Positions 23,236 through 35,766 of a stretch of 64,000 bases of DNA are shown piece by piece; the first letter of the stretch is position 1, and each line of letters begins with the position of its first letter. The stretch is taken from assembly GCF_016433145.1 (NCBI RefSeq), contig NC_058132.1, forward strand, positions 87,625,480 through 87,689,479. The letters are read 5' to 3'. The notes below the pieces were generated by a model, which saw only the letters and a program-made list of their open reading frames with translations, had not been told where the DNA came from and did no database searches. Both the position numbers and the translations under genes were made by a program. This DNA is from Gracilinanus agilis. Taxonomy: Eukaryota.

Positions 23236-24399
23236 AGTGACTTTTGTGTTCCAGCCATTTCAGGTACTCCATTGATTGCCAAATATAAGAAAAAGTAAGA
23301 GGAAAATAAATGAGCAAATGCTAAAAAACTGGACTCTATCTCTGTTGGAAATCATATTCCTTTATCATTGGCTTGAATGAAGGCATAGATACAGTTTGAT
23401 ACAATACAATTAAATCCAATTTCATTCTATTCTAGCAACATTTATTGAGAATTTTTCAAATTAAGAGATCTATCATACCCTACCTGTTTATTCTATCCTA
23501 GGTTCCTTGACATCTTCCTCCTCAGTATCTTTAATTTTCATAATCCTCAAATGGTATATTTCCCAGTCTCCTCAGCATCTTTCTTTGAAAAGCTTAAGGG
23601 TTGTCACTAGACTTCCTAAGAAAAGACACTCAGAATTGAACATACCACTCTTGATTGAGCCTGAACAGTACAGAGAGAAGCTGGCTTTTCATTTCCTCTT
23701 TTGGACTCTAACCTTCTATTTATGCAGCTTAAAATTTCACTGATTTATTTACATGCCATGCTGTTGATTCACATTGAACTTGTGGTACACTAAAAATCTA
23801 AGGACTTTTACAAATGAAAAATCTACATCTAGATAAATCTCTCATTCTATACTTGTATAACTGAATTTCTGAAACCACACTTCTCTAGACAACATTACAT
23901 TAGATATGTTGCTATTATCTGTTAAGATGTAGGACTCTTGAAGGCAGAGACCATATTGTTTTTTTTTAGTTTTGTATTTCCAACTATTGCCACATGAAGA
24001 TAACCTAATGCCTTTTAATTCATTCATCTAAGTCTTTAAATTTTCTCTTTTTTCATTTTATTAGATTCAATCTACCATTCTACTCTTGATTTCTTTTGGA
24101 TTGCCAATCTACTGTCCAACATTTGGCTAACCCTGCTAAGTGAATTAATACAAATTGTAATAACTTCTCCGCCCTCACCAGTCAAGATGAACAATAATAA
24201 AATGGGTTGTCTTATGAGTCTGCTTCAAGTAGTAGCCAAAATAACATTTTTTAGATTTTTTTTGGGGGGGGAGATGTTTCTAATTCTTTTCTCATAATAA
24301 AATCCTAATTTCTGTGAACTATGATTTCTTTTAACACTGATGTGATGTGATAGAACTACTGCATCATGTTAGAGCACATGACTATGATTCATCCCATAT

Positions 24400-25700
24400 G
24401 TTCCCAAGGGACCTACTCAGTTGGCGGAAAACATTGAGGACAACCCCTCTTGAGGAATAAGAGTGTTAAAAGCTCTGACTTCACTTCTAGCTTGAGGAAG
24501 GAGGTGGCTGTTGAAACTTCATCCACTTTGGGAAATATTGGCCATGAGATAAAAACACCAGAGAAACTGACCCTCATTGTGACTTATAATATCACCAAAA
24601 AGACAAGATTCCCTTGGCTACCATCAAGGTCAGTGAAACCATTGTCTGAAGAGAGGAGTTGGAGATTGGACTCATGATGGAGAGAGATGAGGCTTTGAAA
24701 AATGTTTTAAAAAGAGAATAGAAAAAGAATGATGCAATGGTTATGAAGAGAGAGCAGTGGTAGTGGGATTAGGGAGACGTTGTCACATATTGAATAAGCA
24801 TAAGAAAAGGGGAAGAAATATAGCACTGCATAAGGGAAGAGCCTGATTGAATTGAGGAAACATTGATGGGTATGTGGTGACAATAATGTCACTAGAGAGA
24901 CACTCATGGGATGAAGTGATAATGAAAAAAATTTGAGATGGATGGGAATGAGAAGATAATAAGGATATAAGTATTGGGAAATTTTTTTTAATATGGAGGG
25001 AGTAATATAGTAGAAGAAATAAAAAATATGGTATAGTGTTAAGGATAGAAGAGAATGAAAGAAATTAAAGATAGTAAGGAGGCTGTGGTGACAATGATGA
25101 GAGCAACAAGAGTGATGGAGGTGATGAAATTTTAAAAAATAGGAGAGTGTTGAGATTAAGGAGATATGAAAAATATTGAGAGGGGGCAGCTGGGTGGAAT
25201 GAGAGCCAGGCCTAGAGATGGGAGATCCTAGGTTCAAATCTGACTTCAGCCACTTCTCAGCTGTGTGACCCTGGGCAAGTCATTTAACCCCTTTGCCTAC
25301 CCTTACCAGTCTTCTGCCTTGGAGCCAAAACACAGTATTGACTCCAAGATGGAAGGTAAGGGTTTAAAAAAATATTGAGAATACAGTAATAGGTAGAAGC
25401 AAAAGTACTGAGGATAGGAAATGGTGATTTCAATGAGGAGAAAGAAATAAGCAGAAGGATCCAGTGATGGGGATGCATTTGGAGAGACAGAATAAAATGA
25501 TGGTTCTAGCTTAGAGAATAAATTATATTGGTAGGCAGTCAGGAAGATGAGAAAACAATAATATGAATACTGAACTCATTCACTTAATAATAAATTGATC
25601 AACAATATCTTGAATACCAACTAAGTACCAGGTCGTATACATTATAGTTTTGAGGAAGAACGAATATAAGTAATTTAAGACACAGATCCCACTGTCCCAA
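24400..25700. mobile_element. L2 remnant (RT region and purine-rich part)
   Basis: Degenerate L2 text. It explains the low-complexity 176-aa ORF at 24707. Confidence 0.55.
25182..25367 (+). mobile_element. CORE-SINE
   Basis: 13-bp TSD aaaaatattgaga. Confidence 0.9.
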
Positions 25701-25764
25701 AATTTACAAACTGAAAAGGTAGGAAGAGGCTAGCTTGTGAGGGGCTTTTAAAAACCAAATAAAA

Positions 25765-25973
25765 GGAGGCAGCCAAATGGCTTAGAGGATCAAGTACCAG
25801 ACCAAGAAATACGAAGTCCTGGGTTCAAATCTGGCCTCAGACACTTCCTAGCTGTGTGACCCTGATCAAGTTGCTTAAGCCCCATTGTCTAGCCCTTCTT
25901 GGACTTCTGTCCATGCTTCTGTCTTGGAACCAATACATGGTGTTGATTCTAAGATGAAAGTTAAGGGTATAAA
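25765..25973 (+). mobile_element. CORE-SINE
   Basis: Family consensus with A-rich TSD aaataaaa. Confidence 0.85.
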
Positions 25974-27208
25974 AAATAAAACAAACATAAGACTTCATAT
26001 ATGAACCTGGAGGCAAAAGGCAACCACTAGTTTATTGAATATGAGAGGTGATAAGGTCAGACTAGTGTTTTAGAAAGAGCAATTGGACAACAGAATAGAG
26101 GATGGACTAGAGTGGGGAAGAGACTTAAGAAGAGAGACCGGCCAACTAATAAACTATTTCAATAGTTTAGGCATGGACAAATTATGTTAGAAAATATTTT
26201 CAGTTCTTCATAGAATTCTTTCTACTTCAGGTTGCCTCCATATTTGTTTTTAGGCTTGAGTTTTGTGACCACATGTAGACATCTGTTGTTTGTTCCCCAC
26301 ATTAGGAGATGGCCAGCATTGACAAACATGAGGTTTGTCTCAGTCTTAGATATTTATTCTCTACCAATTGCCCATAACCCTCTTTGTAATGCAACTGTCT
26401 CACCAGCAATACGTCCAGACACCAGAATGGCTTCAGCAGTGAACAATCATGACCAATTAATTAGTTCAATTTTCCTTTAGTAGTGAATATGTATATGTAA
26501 TCTACTGCAGCTTTCACAGATTCACTCACAAATAAATCATTGTCTTGATAATTTTGAAACTTTGGGATTGCTTTGTCTTATTGGTCATAAAGTTTGTCTG
26601 TGACACTTTGAATTTTCTAAGTAAAACGAACAACATGTTTCAGTTTAGGTATCATATTATATATTTTGTATTTTCAAGTATTGGACATGATATAAGGAAA
26701 AAGAACTGAGTTACCCTAAGATCAGTTGGACTGTTCAGTCATAGCTTCTAGACAAAAATAAAGAATAGTAATAAGTATTTATGTACAATGATGAATATAT
26801 GTCCATTTAGAGGTAAGTCTGAATCTCCATAAACAGTACAAGTGCCTCTTCCTACATATTGCCTCTGTGACCTAATACAAGTCATTGAATATCTCTGGGT
26901 TTCTGATTGTTCATCTATAATATGAAGAGATAACATGTGGCATGTTTCTCAACATTAAATCTATAATGATCTCAAGAGTAAGGGGAGTAGTTAAATAATT
27001 ATGGGCTGGTTAATGAGACCTAGAGTATAAAGATGAACTATATTTTCTGAATGACCCAAAACCATGCCAATGTGTTGAGACTATAAGAAAAAAATCTAGA
27101 CATTTGGAATGAATGCTTGAGATATTGTCACTACCCTAAAAAAGGGGACTGGAAAACTATGTAACATGTTTGCATTTTTGCTTCCTTTAAGACATTGACT
27201 TGATGGCA

Positions 27209-27395
27209 GGTGTATTTTGGAGCCAGCTTGAACTTGTTCACAGAGTTGATTGTTAATTTCCCATACAAGTTTCCTCAGAAATTGCTAAATGTTATAAAAC
27301 CAAGTTTGATTTATTATTTGCTGATTGTTTAGACTTAAGAAAGTGATGATAAAATGTTAACAATGCAGAATGAATTCAACATTTCCCAGCATGTC
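27209..27395 (+). mobile_element. Marsupial dispersed repeat (MdoRep1-like)
   Basis: caggtgt...ggagccagctt...tttagacttaagaaagtgatg...catttcccagcat. Confidence 0.6.
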
Positions 27396-27555
27396 CTTAT
27401 TTGATATATTGCTGAGTTCAAAAGTGAACTAACAGAATTCTGAGAGGTAGAAGCAAAACAGAAAAAATACCCTGTACTCCTCTACAAGACATCCCAGTGT
27501 ATTCTCCTTCAGGAACATGTAAATCTAACTCTGGGCCATCTTTGAAGGACTAGAG

Positions 27556-28066
27556 CGGGGTTGGTGAACCTATGGCATGGGTGCCAAAGATGGCACACAG
27601 AGCACTCTCTGTGGGCACATGGCTATCCTCTCTCCCACACCCCTGGAGTTTGTTACTAGAAAGGCAGAAGGACTCAGGCAGAGCTGCTCCCCTCCCCCTC
27701 TCCACCATGCCTGACTATATTTTTTAACATCCCCCGCCCCTCTGCCCAGCAGCCCAATGGGAGTGCACAGTGGGTAAGGTTGGTGGCTCACAGGTGGCAG
27801 AGCTAGAGGAGAGCAAAGTGCTGGGACTGCTCTCTTCCTCTCTCTATATTCACTAAGTAAACTCCTCACTCACCCATCCCTCCATCCAGCAGCACAATGG
27901 GAGTGCTTTCTTCCTCCTTGTGTGGGGTAAAGGGGGCAGGGTGTACCCAGCATGGGGGGACAGGAGCACCACATGTGGTCTCTGGGGGGGCAGGCATGGC
28001 ACATAATCTAGGGGTAGATTGGGGGTGGGACCTGGTACTCCATTTCTAAAAGATTCACCATCACTG
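27556..28066. mobile_element. Non-autonomous hAT/Charlie element (OposCharlie/OC1-like MITE), 511 bp
   Basis: TIRs CGGGGTTGGTGAACCT / AGATTCACCATCACTG, degenerate 8-bp TSD gactagag/ggttagtg, subterminal atggcatgggtgccaaagatggcac. Confidence 0.75.
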
Positions 28067-28426
28067 GGTTAGTGAATCCGTGTTACCTTTCTATGGCTCT
28101 TTAGGAATGGAATATTCAACAGGGAAGTTCTAGCACACAGGCAAAAAGATGTCAAAAAACTAGTGTGACTGATGTCTGCAGGGAGTAGATATGGGAGCAA
28201 TCCACAGAACTTATGGACAATAACTAGACCTCAAAGAGGAATCATTAGTAGATATATGTCAACTTAGAGAAATGTCTGTACTATAGATCTTTGAGATTAA
28301 GTGCCCTTTTTTATGTGCAATTATACATTTTTATCCACTTATCAAATTCAGAGATGATGCAATACAGGGAGAGAGGGTGGTTGTGTTGGGTGACTTCATT
28401 CAATTAGATTAAATTTAATAGAGGGT

Positions 28427-28640
28427 GGGATAGCTAGGGGGATCAATGGATTGAGAGCCAGGGATAGAAATGTGAAGTACTAGGTCCAAATATGACCTCA
28501 GACACTTCCTAAGTGTGTGAACTGGAGCAAGTCTCTTAACGGCCATTGACTAGTCCTTGTGCTCTTCTGCCTTGGAACCAATACACAGCGTTCATTCTAA
28601 GACAGAAAGTAAGGGTTTAAAAAATAAAATAAAATAAAGA
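28427..28640 (+). mobile_element. CORE-SINE
   Basis: Family consensus ending aagggtttaaaaaataaaataaa. Confidence 0.8.
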
Positions 28641-29375
28641 ACAAAATATCACTTGACTTTTAAAAAATTCAAATGCATTTAGCACTTAGGAGGTAAGAGT
28701 CTCAAGATATTCAACTGAAGACTGGATTATCAGATGCTGATAATGGAAAGTTGTATTTTTGCTCAGGCATAAGTTGAACATGACTTCTGAAGTTATTTTC
28801 AACTCTGGAAATCTGTCATTCTTTGTTCCCTTTCTTTTAACCTAAAGAGAAGTGGTTTTTTGTTTTTGTTTTACAGCATCTTGCCTAAATACTTACAATT
28901 TTAAATTACAAATTAAAAAATATTTTTGAAGCATTAATACTGTTATTGCATCATACAGGAACTAATACTAATAGCAAAAATTGTTCTGTTTTGTTACAAA
29001 ATAAGACAGTAGGAAAAGGGATAGATAGATTTATTTTTAAGCCATTATTTTCTTAGTAAATAGGTTTATATGACTTATCCAAGATCACAAGGCTAGAAAT
29101 TGTCAGAGGCCAGATTTGAACCCAGGTCCTCTCTATCCCAGGTCTAGTGCCACTTAGCTGCCCCGAAAGGGATGGATTTATAGTTAGAGGGAATGAATTC
29201 AACTCCTAGCTCTGCTATTACCTGTTTGATCTCATCCAAGTCATTGGATTTCCGGTTCCTCATGTCTAAAATAATGAGTTAGATTAAATAACCTTAAAGG
29301 TACCTCTCAGTTCTAAAACTATAATCATCCCCAGAATGATGTGACATAGGGGAATAACTAAATGATTATGAGTGG

Positions 29376-29395
29376 TTTTTTCCCCTTCTTTATAG
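29376..29395 (+). promoter_or_regulatory. Splice acceptor of the OR-B coding exon
   Basis: tttttccccttctttatAG|gtgaac, 51 nt before the ATG. Confidence 0.7.
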
Positions 29396-29446
29396 GTGAA
29401 CAAGCAAAAGAAGAAAGAGGAAAGAACTAACTATATCCTCATATCC

Positions 29447-30379
29447 ATGGCTATAACCAACCAAACCACTTTCCACCCAGCTTTCATCATTTTGATGGGC
29501 ATCCCAGGCTTAGAGAAGCTACAATTCTGGATCTCCATCCCTTTTTGCTCTATGTATTTAGTATCACTTGTGGGCAACTCCTTGCTGACCTTTCTGATCT
29601 GCCTGGAACACAGTCTCCATGAGCCCATGTATCTCTTCCTGGCCATGTTGGCTATGACAGACTTCTTGCTCTCTAATACCATCATGCCAAAGATGCTTTC
29701 TCTTTTCTGGTTCCAGGCTAGGAACATTTCTTTCCAGGCTTGCATCACCCAGATATTCTTTGTCATTTTCATTTTTATCATAGAATCAACAGTCCTTCTG
29801 GCCATGGCATTTGACCGCTACGTGGCCATCTGCTTTCCATTGAGATATACGATGATCTTGAAGCCTTCTGTGATCAGGAACATTGGAGCATTTTCTGTGG
29901 CCAGAGCCCTCCTCTTCACATCCCCTTTTGTTTTCCTAGTCGAGCGGCTGCCATTCTGTGGAAATAACATCATTGCTGATACTTATTGTGAACAAACTAA
30001 GGTTTCCAGACTGGCCTGTGCAGATATAACTGCCAACAATATTTACACTCTGGTGATATCATTTCTGTCTACAGGCTTAGATGTCTTTCTCATTTCTATC
30101 TCTTATATGTTTATTCTTCAAGCTGTCTTTAGACTCCCATCCCGTGATGCCCAGTTGAAAGCTCTGGGCACTTGCAGCTCCCATCTGTGTGTCATCCTCA
30201 TGTTCTACCTGCCAGCCTACCTGACAGTGCTGATCAGCCGCCTAGGCTGTGGGGTCCTGCTAGCCAATCTTTATGTGGTTGTGCCCCCTGCATTGAACCC
30301 CATTATTTATGGTGTGAGGACCAAGCAAATCCGGGATATTATCACATCCAGACTCTCTAGGCTGGGTTTACATTGCTAA
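29447..30379 (+). CDS. Intact class I olfactory receptor, OR52 family (OR-B), 310 aa
   Basis: ATG at 29447 (MAITNQT). Full 7TM motif set as in OR-A. Many synonymous differences from OR-A. Confidence 0.96.
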   Translation: MAITNQTTFHPAFIILMGIPGLEKLQFWISIPFCSMYLVSLVGNSLLTFLICLEHSLHEPMYLFLAMLAMTDFLLSNTIMPKMLSLFWFQARNISFQACITQIFFVIFIFIIESTVLLAMAFDRYVAICFPLRYTMILKPSVIRNIGAFSVARALLFTSPFVFLVERLPFCGNNIIADTYCEQTKVSRLACADITANNIYTLVISFLSTGLDVFLISISYMFILQAVFRLPSRDAQLKALGTCSSHLCVILMFYLPAYLTVLISRLGCGVLLANLYVVVPPALNPIIYGVRTKQIRDIITSRLSRLGLHC

Positions 30380-32178
30380 GCTAACATTTTCCTGGAAAAT
30401 GATGCAGCTTGACATATTCTATGTGAGTCAATGTAAATTAGAAATAATGAATATTTCAACTGAAGTGGTGATTGTAGATTGAAAGAATTTCCTCTCGTGT
30501 ATATAAATGCTCTAAACTACTTTGTATATTTGATCCTCACAGAATCTAATGTAATAACATTTCAATTATACTTAATGATTCCAGAATTAAAAAATATAAT
30601 ATTCAGTACTCTTAGTATTCCCATTTTGCAGATGAACAATCTAAGGCCAAAGGAAGTTAACTGCCTTGCCCAGGATCATGTGGTTTGTAAGTGACTGAGA
30701 CAGGATTCAAACTCATATTTTCCTAACTTCAAGTACTTCACTATCCACTGTGACACTCAGCCTCAATTAGAATTATACTTTGTGTAAAATAAGCACTATT
30801 TATTATAAACTCAATTGTCTACTCAGAAATGTTTCAATTTCTGAGTGGTCTGGGAAGTACTCGAAGTATCTAAAGAAGTCTCCAAGTGGCAGTCTTGTAT
30901 ATGGGAATGTCAAGCTACCCAGGTTATTTGAATAAAATCATAAGCAAGACGGGAGTGTGTCCAATTAACATTCAAAGCTTCAGAGCGGAGAATCTACTTC
31001 TAAAAGTTTGTAATGAAGGATACAGATTTGATTTCATTTATATCATGATTATATCAACATACAATACTTTAATCTACAAGAGCATTCATGGAAGTTCTTG
31101 GCAGAGGAAAGGAGAAAGGATTTTCTGAGATCTTCCATCAACTCATAGTCATTAGTTTTTCCTGTGTTATATAGAAGAGAAGAGGTCTCTGGGGACCTTT
31201 CCCTACATTTCTGTGTCTCTACATTTCAGAAGTAGGCATGAAAAATTGTCTGCTGTGGAAAAGAAAGCCACAAAGTTCAAGAAAGAAGAAAGAAGAAAAG
31301 GAATAGGCATATATTTTAGATGGCAAATCTCAAGTCCCTACTGGAAAGTGACTCCTTTTCTATCTTTTAATCCTGGTAATTTCCTGTTACAGATAATGAT
31401 GAGAAATAATAATAGCTGAAACTTATATGGTTATATAATCTGTTATCACAATATTATGTCATATATGCTATTATGTCACTAAATTATATAGAAATGCTTA
31501 CTGAGGTCATTTTGTATAACATTAACATAATATATTATTATATAAAACTTTCAACACTCCTTTATAAACATCATATAATTTTTGTCATGAAATTTTCTTA
31601 TGTATTGAAGGTACTTATGGGGGAAATGGAATATAGTTTATAAATCACTGTATATGGAGCCAGGAAGACCTGGATTTCAATCCTGAATCAAATACTTTCT
31701 GGCTGCATGATTTAGAAATGTCATTTAATCTCTCTTGGACTCAGTTTCCCCATCTATAAAATAAGGACATATTACATGTGTCATATATTTGTTTTGAAAA
31801 TCAAATGAGGTAATACATGTGCTTTGCAAAACAGAATATTATATAAATATTTACTATATATGCACACAATAATTGTATATTATATTCATTTTCTATATGA
31901 CAAGATTAAAGTTCAGAGTAGGTAAATGATTCCCTGTAGTCACACAGCACAAAGATGGACTTTGAATTTTTCAAGTCTAACACTTTATCCCCTGTATCTA
32001 TTTGCTTTTCAGGTTATTTTTAAGTTCCAAGATCATGATTCTTTCTGACCTTCACTGCCATGAGAATGGACATATTCATTTTTATGGGAATCAAAATATC
32101 TTGAGTGTTCCTATCTTATTTCTTTTGGAGTAGAGCATTAGTGAGCCACACATTCATTTTTATTTTTTGGGCATAGGC

Positions 32179-32397
32179 CAGTGATGGCAAAGCTTTTAGA
32201 GATCGAGTATCCAAATTGCAAGCCTCACACTGCATGTGAGCCCCCTGCCTTACCCAGTCAGGGGAGGGAGGAAGCCGTTCCATTGGGCTGCTGAGCAAAG
32301 GAGCAAGTGATGAGAGAAATATCCTCAGGTAAGCATGGAGAGGAGGAAGCCCTATCTGTCATGTTCTAGCACATGTGCCATAGGTTCACCAACACAG
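32179..32397. mobile_element. Shorter OC1-like MITE, 219 bp, opposite orientation to 27556
   Basis: TIRs CAGTGATGGCAAAGCT / AGGTTCACCAACACAG. Its ends are reverse complements of the 27556 ends. Empty site at ~63485. Confidence 0.75.
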
Positions 32398-32989
32398 GTA
32401 GGGCCCATGAGTTTCAACCACTTCCTCATTCCTCACTTTTTTTCTACCTCAGAGGAATTTACAGAATGGAACAAAGGCACATGGGTGTTGAGAGCTTCAG
32501 GAGTCACAAAAGATCACAACATGTGTCTATATCTCATAGCAAACTCCAGATATATGTCACCTCAAAATAAGAAGATTTTTCCATAGGGAATCTTCCATAG
32601 GCCATTTTCTAATATTCTCTGTCCAAGAACCCACAGCTTTTCAATTGTTGGCCAATTCGGATGATTTATAATTCATCTTTTTCCTCCAAAAATGGAAAAA
32701 ATATTGATTAACTATTGACTAAATGATTCATCTGCTTGTTTATTAATATACAGATATAAACTTGAAAGGAGAACTCTATTGACAGTGCCAGTTCTCTGAT
32801 ATGAGATCTGTTTTGCTTAAGAGTTTTATCAAATGATAGGATAAAATATGATCATATTTCTCCTGTAGAAGATAAAACATAGATATATTCCCATTGAATA
32901 AACACTTATTAATTCAATTATATTTGATAAAGATTTATTAAGCCCCTGCTACATACTAAAACAAAATAAAAATAGTTTGATCTCTAGCA

Positions 32990-33420
32990 GTTTATCTTCT
33001 ACTGGTAGGGATGTAGGGGATACAATTTTATACAAAAAAGCAAGTTTAACATAATTGTAGTAGGAAGTATGCTCATTAGTGGGATCTGAAACATTTTCTC
33101 TTAGTTGGTGGTACATGATGAACCTTGAAAGAAGCAATAATTCTAAGGGATGAGGGTGAGGAAGAAATTTATCCAGTCTCTGATGAAGTCTATATGAAGG
33201 CATAATGAGAGATAGAAAGTCAAGTTCAAGGAAAAGAAAATGGGATTGTTTGGCTGGATTACAGAGTGCATGAGGACGAATAATGAGAAATGAATGGGAG
33301 GATAACAGAAACAAACTGTAAAAAGTTTTAAATTCCAAGTTGAGTAGTTCCTATCTTATCACAGATACTATAGAAGCCATTGAAGAGTATTGAACATAAG
33401 TGATGTATTCAGATCTATGT
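32990..33420 (+). mobile_element. L2 remnant (paralog at 51510-51950)
   Basis: gagccttgaa...ccagtttggctgga...taaatgcca...tttatcc. Confidence 0.55.
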
Positions 33421-33744
33421 GTAGTAGCTACTGAGAAAATAAATCAAAGAATATATATTAAAAGCAGAGGGTCAAATCAAGGTCCTTTGAATACTTAAGG
33501 GTAGCATTGTTCCCTCCTCCCCCTTTTCAAATCTCATCTGTTCTCCACATTATCCACAGTCTCTTTAACAAATTCTAATATCTATTTTGTTTCTTTACCA
33601 TTCTATTAACCTTTCTTTAGAGAACTTCTAGTTTATTACTGTCCTAAAAGTTGGCAACCAAAATCAACCACAGTATTCTAGATATAGTCTAACTAGGAAA
33701 GAAAATGTGAGAATCATTGTCTTTCTCATTTTAGTATTATACTT

Positions 33745-34930
33745 CCCTTTTTTAAAACCCTTACCTTCTAATTGTACAAAAAAATCAAACCATTCCCCAA
33801 CTGATAAAGAGGCAAGTGACATGAATAGGCAATTTTCAGGTAAAGGAATCAAAACTATCAATGACCACATGGAAAAGTGTTCTAAATCTCTTATAATCAA
33901 AGAAATGCAAATCAAAGCAACTTTGAGGTACCACCTCACATCTAGCAGATTAGCTAACATGACAGCAAAGGAAAGTAATAAATGTTGGAGGGGATGTGGC
34001 AAAATTGGGACCTTAATGCATTGCTGGTGGAGTTGGGAAATGATCCAACCATTCTGGATGGCAATTTGGAAATATGTCCAAAGGGCATTAAAATATTGTC
34101 TTCCCTTTGATCCAGCCACACCACTGCTGGGTTTTTACCCCAAAGAGATCATAAGGAAAAAGACTTGTACAAAATTATTTATAGCTATGCTCTTTGCGGT
34201 GGCAAAAAAAAATGGAAAATGAGGGGATGCCCTTCAATTGGAGAATGGCTGAACAAATTGTGGTATATGCTGGTGATGGAATACTATTGTACTCAAAGGA
34301 ATAATGAACTGGAGCAATTCCATGTGAACTGGAATGACCTCCAGTGTGAAAGGAGCAGAATCAGGAGAACGTAATAACCAGAGACAGATACACTGTGGCA
34401 CAATTGATTGTAATGGACTTCTCTATTAGCAGCAATGCAATGGTCCAGGACATTTCTGAGGGACTTATGAGAAAGAACTCTGTCCACATCCAGAGAAAGA
34501 ACTGAGGGAGTAGAAACACAGAAGAAAAATAAGTGCTTGATCATATGGGTCAATGGGTATATAATTGGGGATGTAGATGCTAAATGATCACACTAATGCA
34601 AATATTAATAATATGGAAATAGGTCTTGACCAATGACACATGTAAAACCCAATGGAATTACTCATTGGCTATTGGCCAGGGAGAGAAGGGGAGAGAAAAA
34701 AAAACATGAAACATGGAACCATGGAAAAATATTCTAAATCAATTAATTAAAGAAAGTTTTTCAATTAAAAAAAATCTTACCTTCTGCCTTATAATCAATA
34801 CTAAGTACTTGTTCCAAGGCAGAAGAGTGGTAAGGACCAGGCAAAGGGGGTTAAGTGACGCTCTGTATCACACAGCTGGGAAGTGTCTGAAGCCATATTT
34901 GAACCTAGGACCTCCCATCTGTAGGCCTTA
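33745..34930 (-). mobile_element. CORE-SINE split by the L1 at 33770-34769
   Basis: Tail at 33745-33769, body at 34770-34930. The whole block is absent from the duplicate (52270). Confidence 0.8.
33770..34769 (+). mobile_element. 5'-truncated L1 inserted into a SINE tail
   Basis: ORF2 C-terminus (MQIKATLRYHLT...CWRGCGKIGTLMHCWW). TT|AAAA site with TSD aaaacccttaccttct / aaaaatcttaccttct (33754/34770). Confidence 0.92.
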
Positions 34931-35561
34931 TTATAATTCTTGTCATGCAGTCTAAATTTTCATTGTTGGGTTTTTTTTGGTTTCCATATTACATTATTGA
35001 TTGACATTAGACTTGCAGTTTGCTAAAACCCAGATATTTTTCACATGAATGGTTTATACTCACATCTTCACTGAACAATATTTTATTAGGGGAACTTTTC
35101 AATAAAGATATAGGATTCTACATTTATCCCTATCATCTGGCACCTTATTAAATTCAGTTCATAATTCTAGGTTATTATGCCATTGGGTTTTTTGTCTAGA
35201 TTCTGTCACAAAAAATGACTTTATTGCATCTGAAAGAGTGAGCAAATGACAGAATATTCAAAAAACAGAAATGTCAAAGGTTGGGAACACCTCAATAACT
35301 TGTGATTTCTCCACACCTGGAGATTATAAATATGTGGTCAAATAAATTCTTGTTGGGTTTGTTATAGAGAGGATTCAATTTTAATTGGCATATCATGTCC
35401 CATTAAATTTGTCAAATGAACAACAGATTGTTCATCATAATATTTAATGTAATAGAAATAGCCAATTCACGTATAATTAATCTCAATTTTACCTTTCTGT
35501 ACTGTTTACAAAATCCCCATCTAGCTGAGAGTACATTTTGAGAAAATTTCATCTCCCCACA

Positions 35562-35766
35562 CCCAAATAACAAGAGAGAAAAGAGTTAATTGTCCTGATT
35601 TCACTTCTTTTGAATGAGATGTGGGAGTGGCTATGAAATTCATCCCCATAGGAAATGTTTAGCATGAGCTCTTAATATAAGTGACACACAGCCTCATTGT
35701 CTTTTATACCAGAGATCCTGTCACTATAACCAAGATAAAGTTACCACACCAATTTTTCAGGTGAGT
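35562..35766 (+). promoter_or_regulatory. Candidate promoter and first non-coding exon of OR-C
   Basis: Homeodomain-like TAATTG and CTTTTGAATGA, O/E-like TCCCCATAGGA (~35643), TATA-like TAATATAA (~35673), and a consensus donor CAG|GTGAGT at 35760/35761. About 98% identical to 53111-53316. Confidence 0.6.

Noticed and set aside
22938-23282. 114-aa Leu/Ser ORF and possible triplex-forming GA tract
   Set aside because: Simple-repeat translation. No evidence of function, and such tracts are common in this genome.
24707-25237. 176-aa His/Leu/Phe-rich ORF
   Set aside because: Antisense of a purine-rich L2 remnant that starts in a SINE; low complexity.
26230-26820. Possible OR-B promoter (tccccacattaggagatg, caattaattag, donor gag|gtaagt at 26813)
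   Set aside because: Similarity to the OR-C promoter is too weak, the donor abuts a MIR remnant, and no paralogous copy supports it.
29431-29805. Antisense and alternate-frame ORFs of 60-124 aa over the OR genes (also 21094, 21324, 42126, 42281, 58591, 58746)
   Set aside because: Shadows of hydrophobic OR codon usage. They recur only because the ORs are paralogous.
35093-35100. AACTTTTC motif as a class I J-element-like enhancer
   Set aside because: Isolated occurrences, not clustered, and not conserved at the paralogous site.
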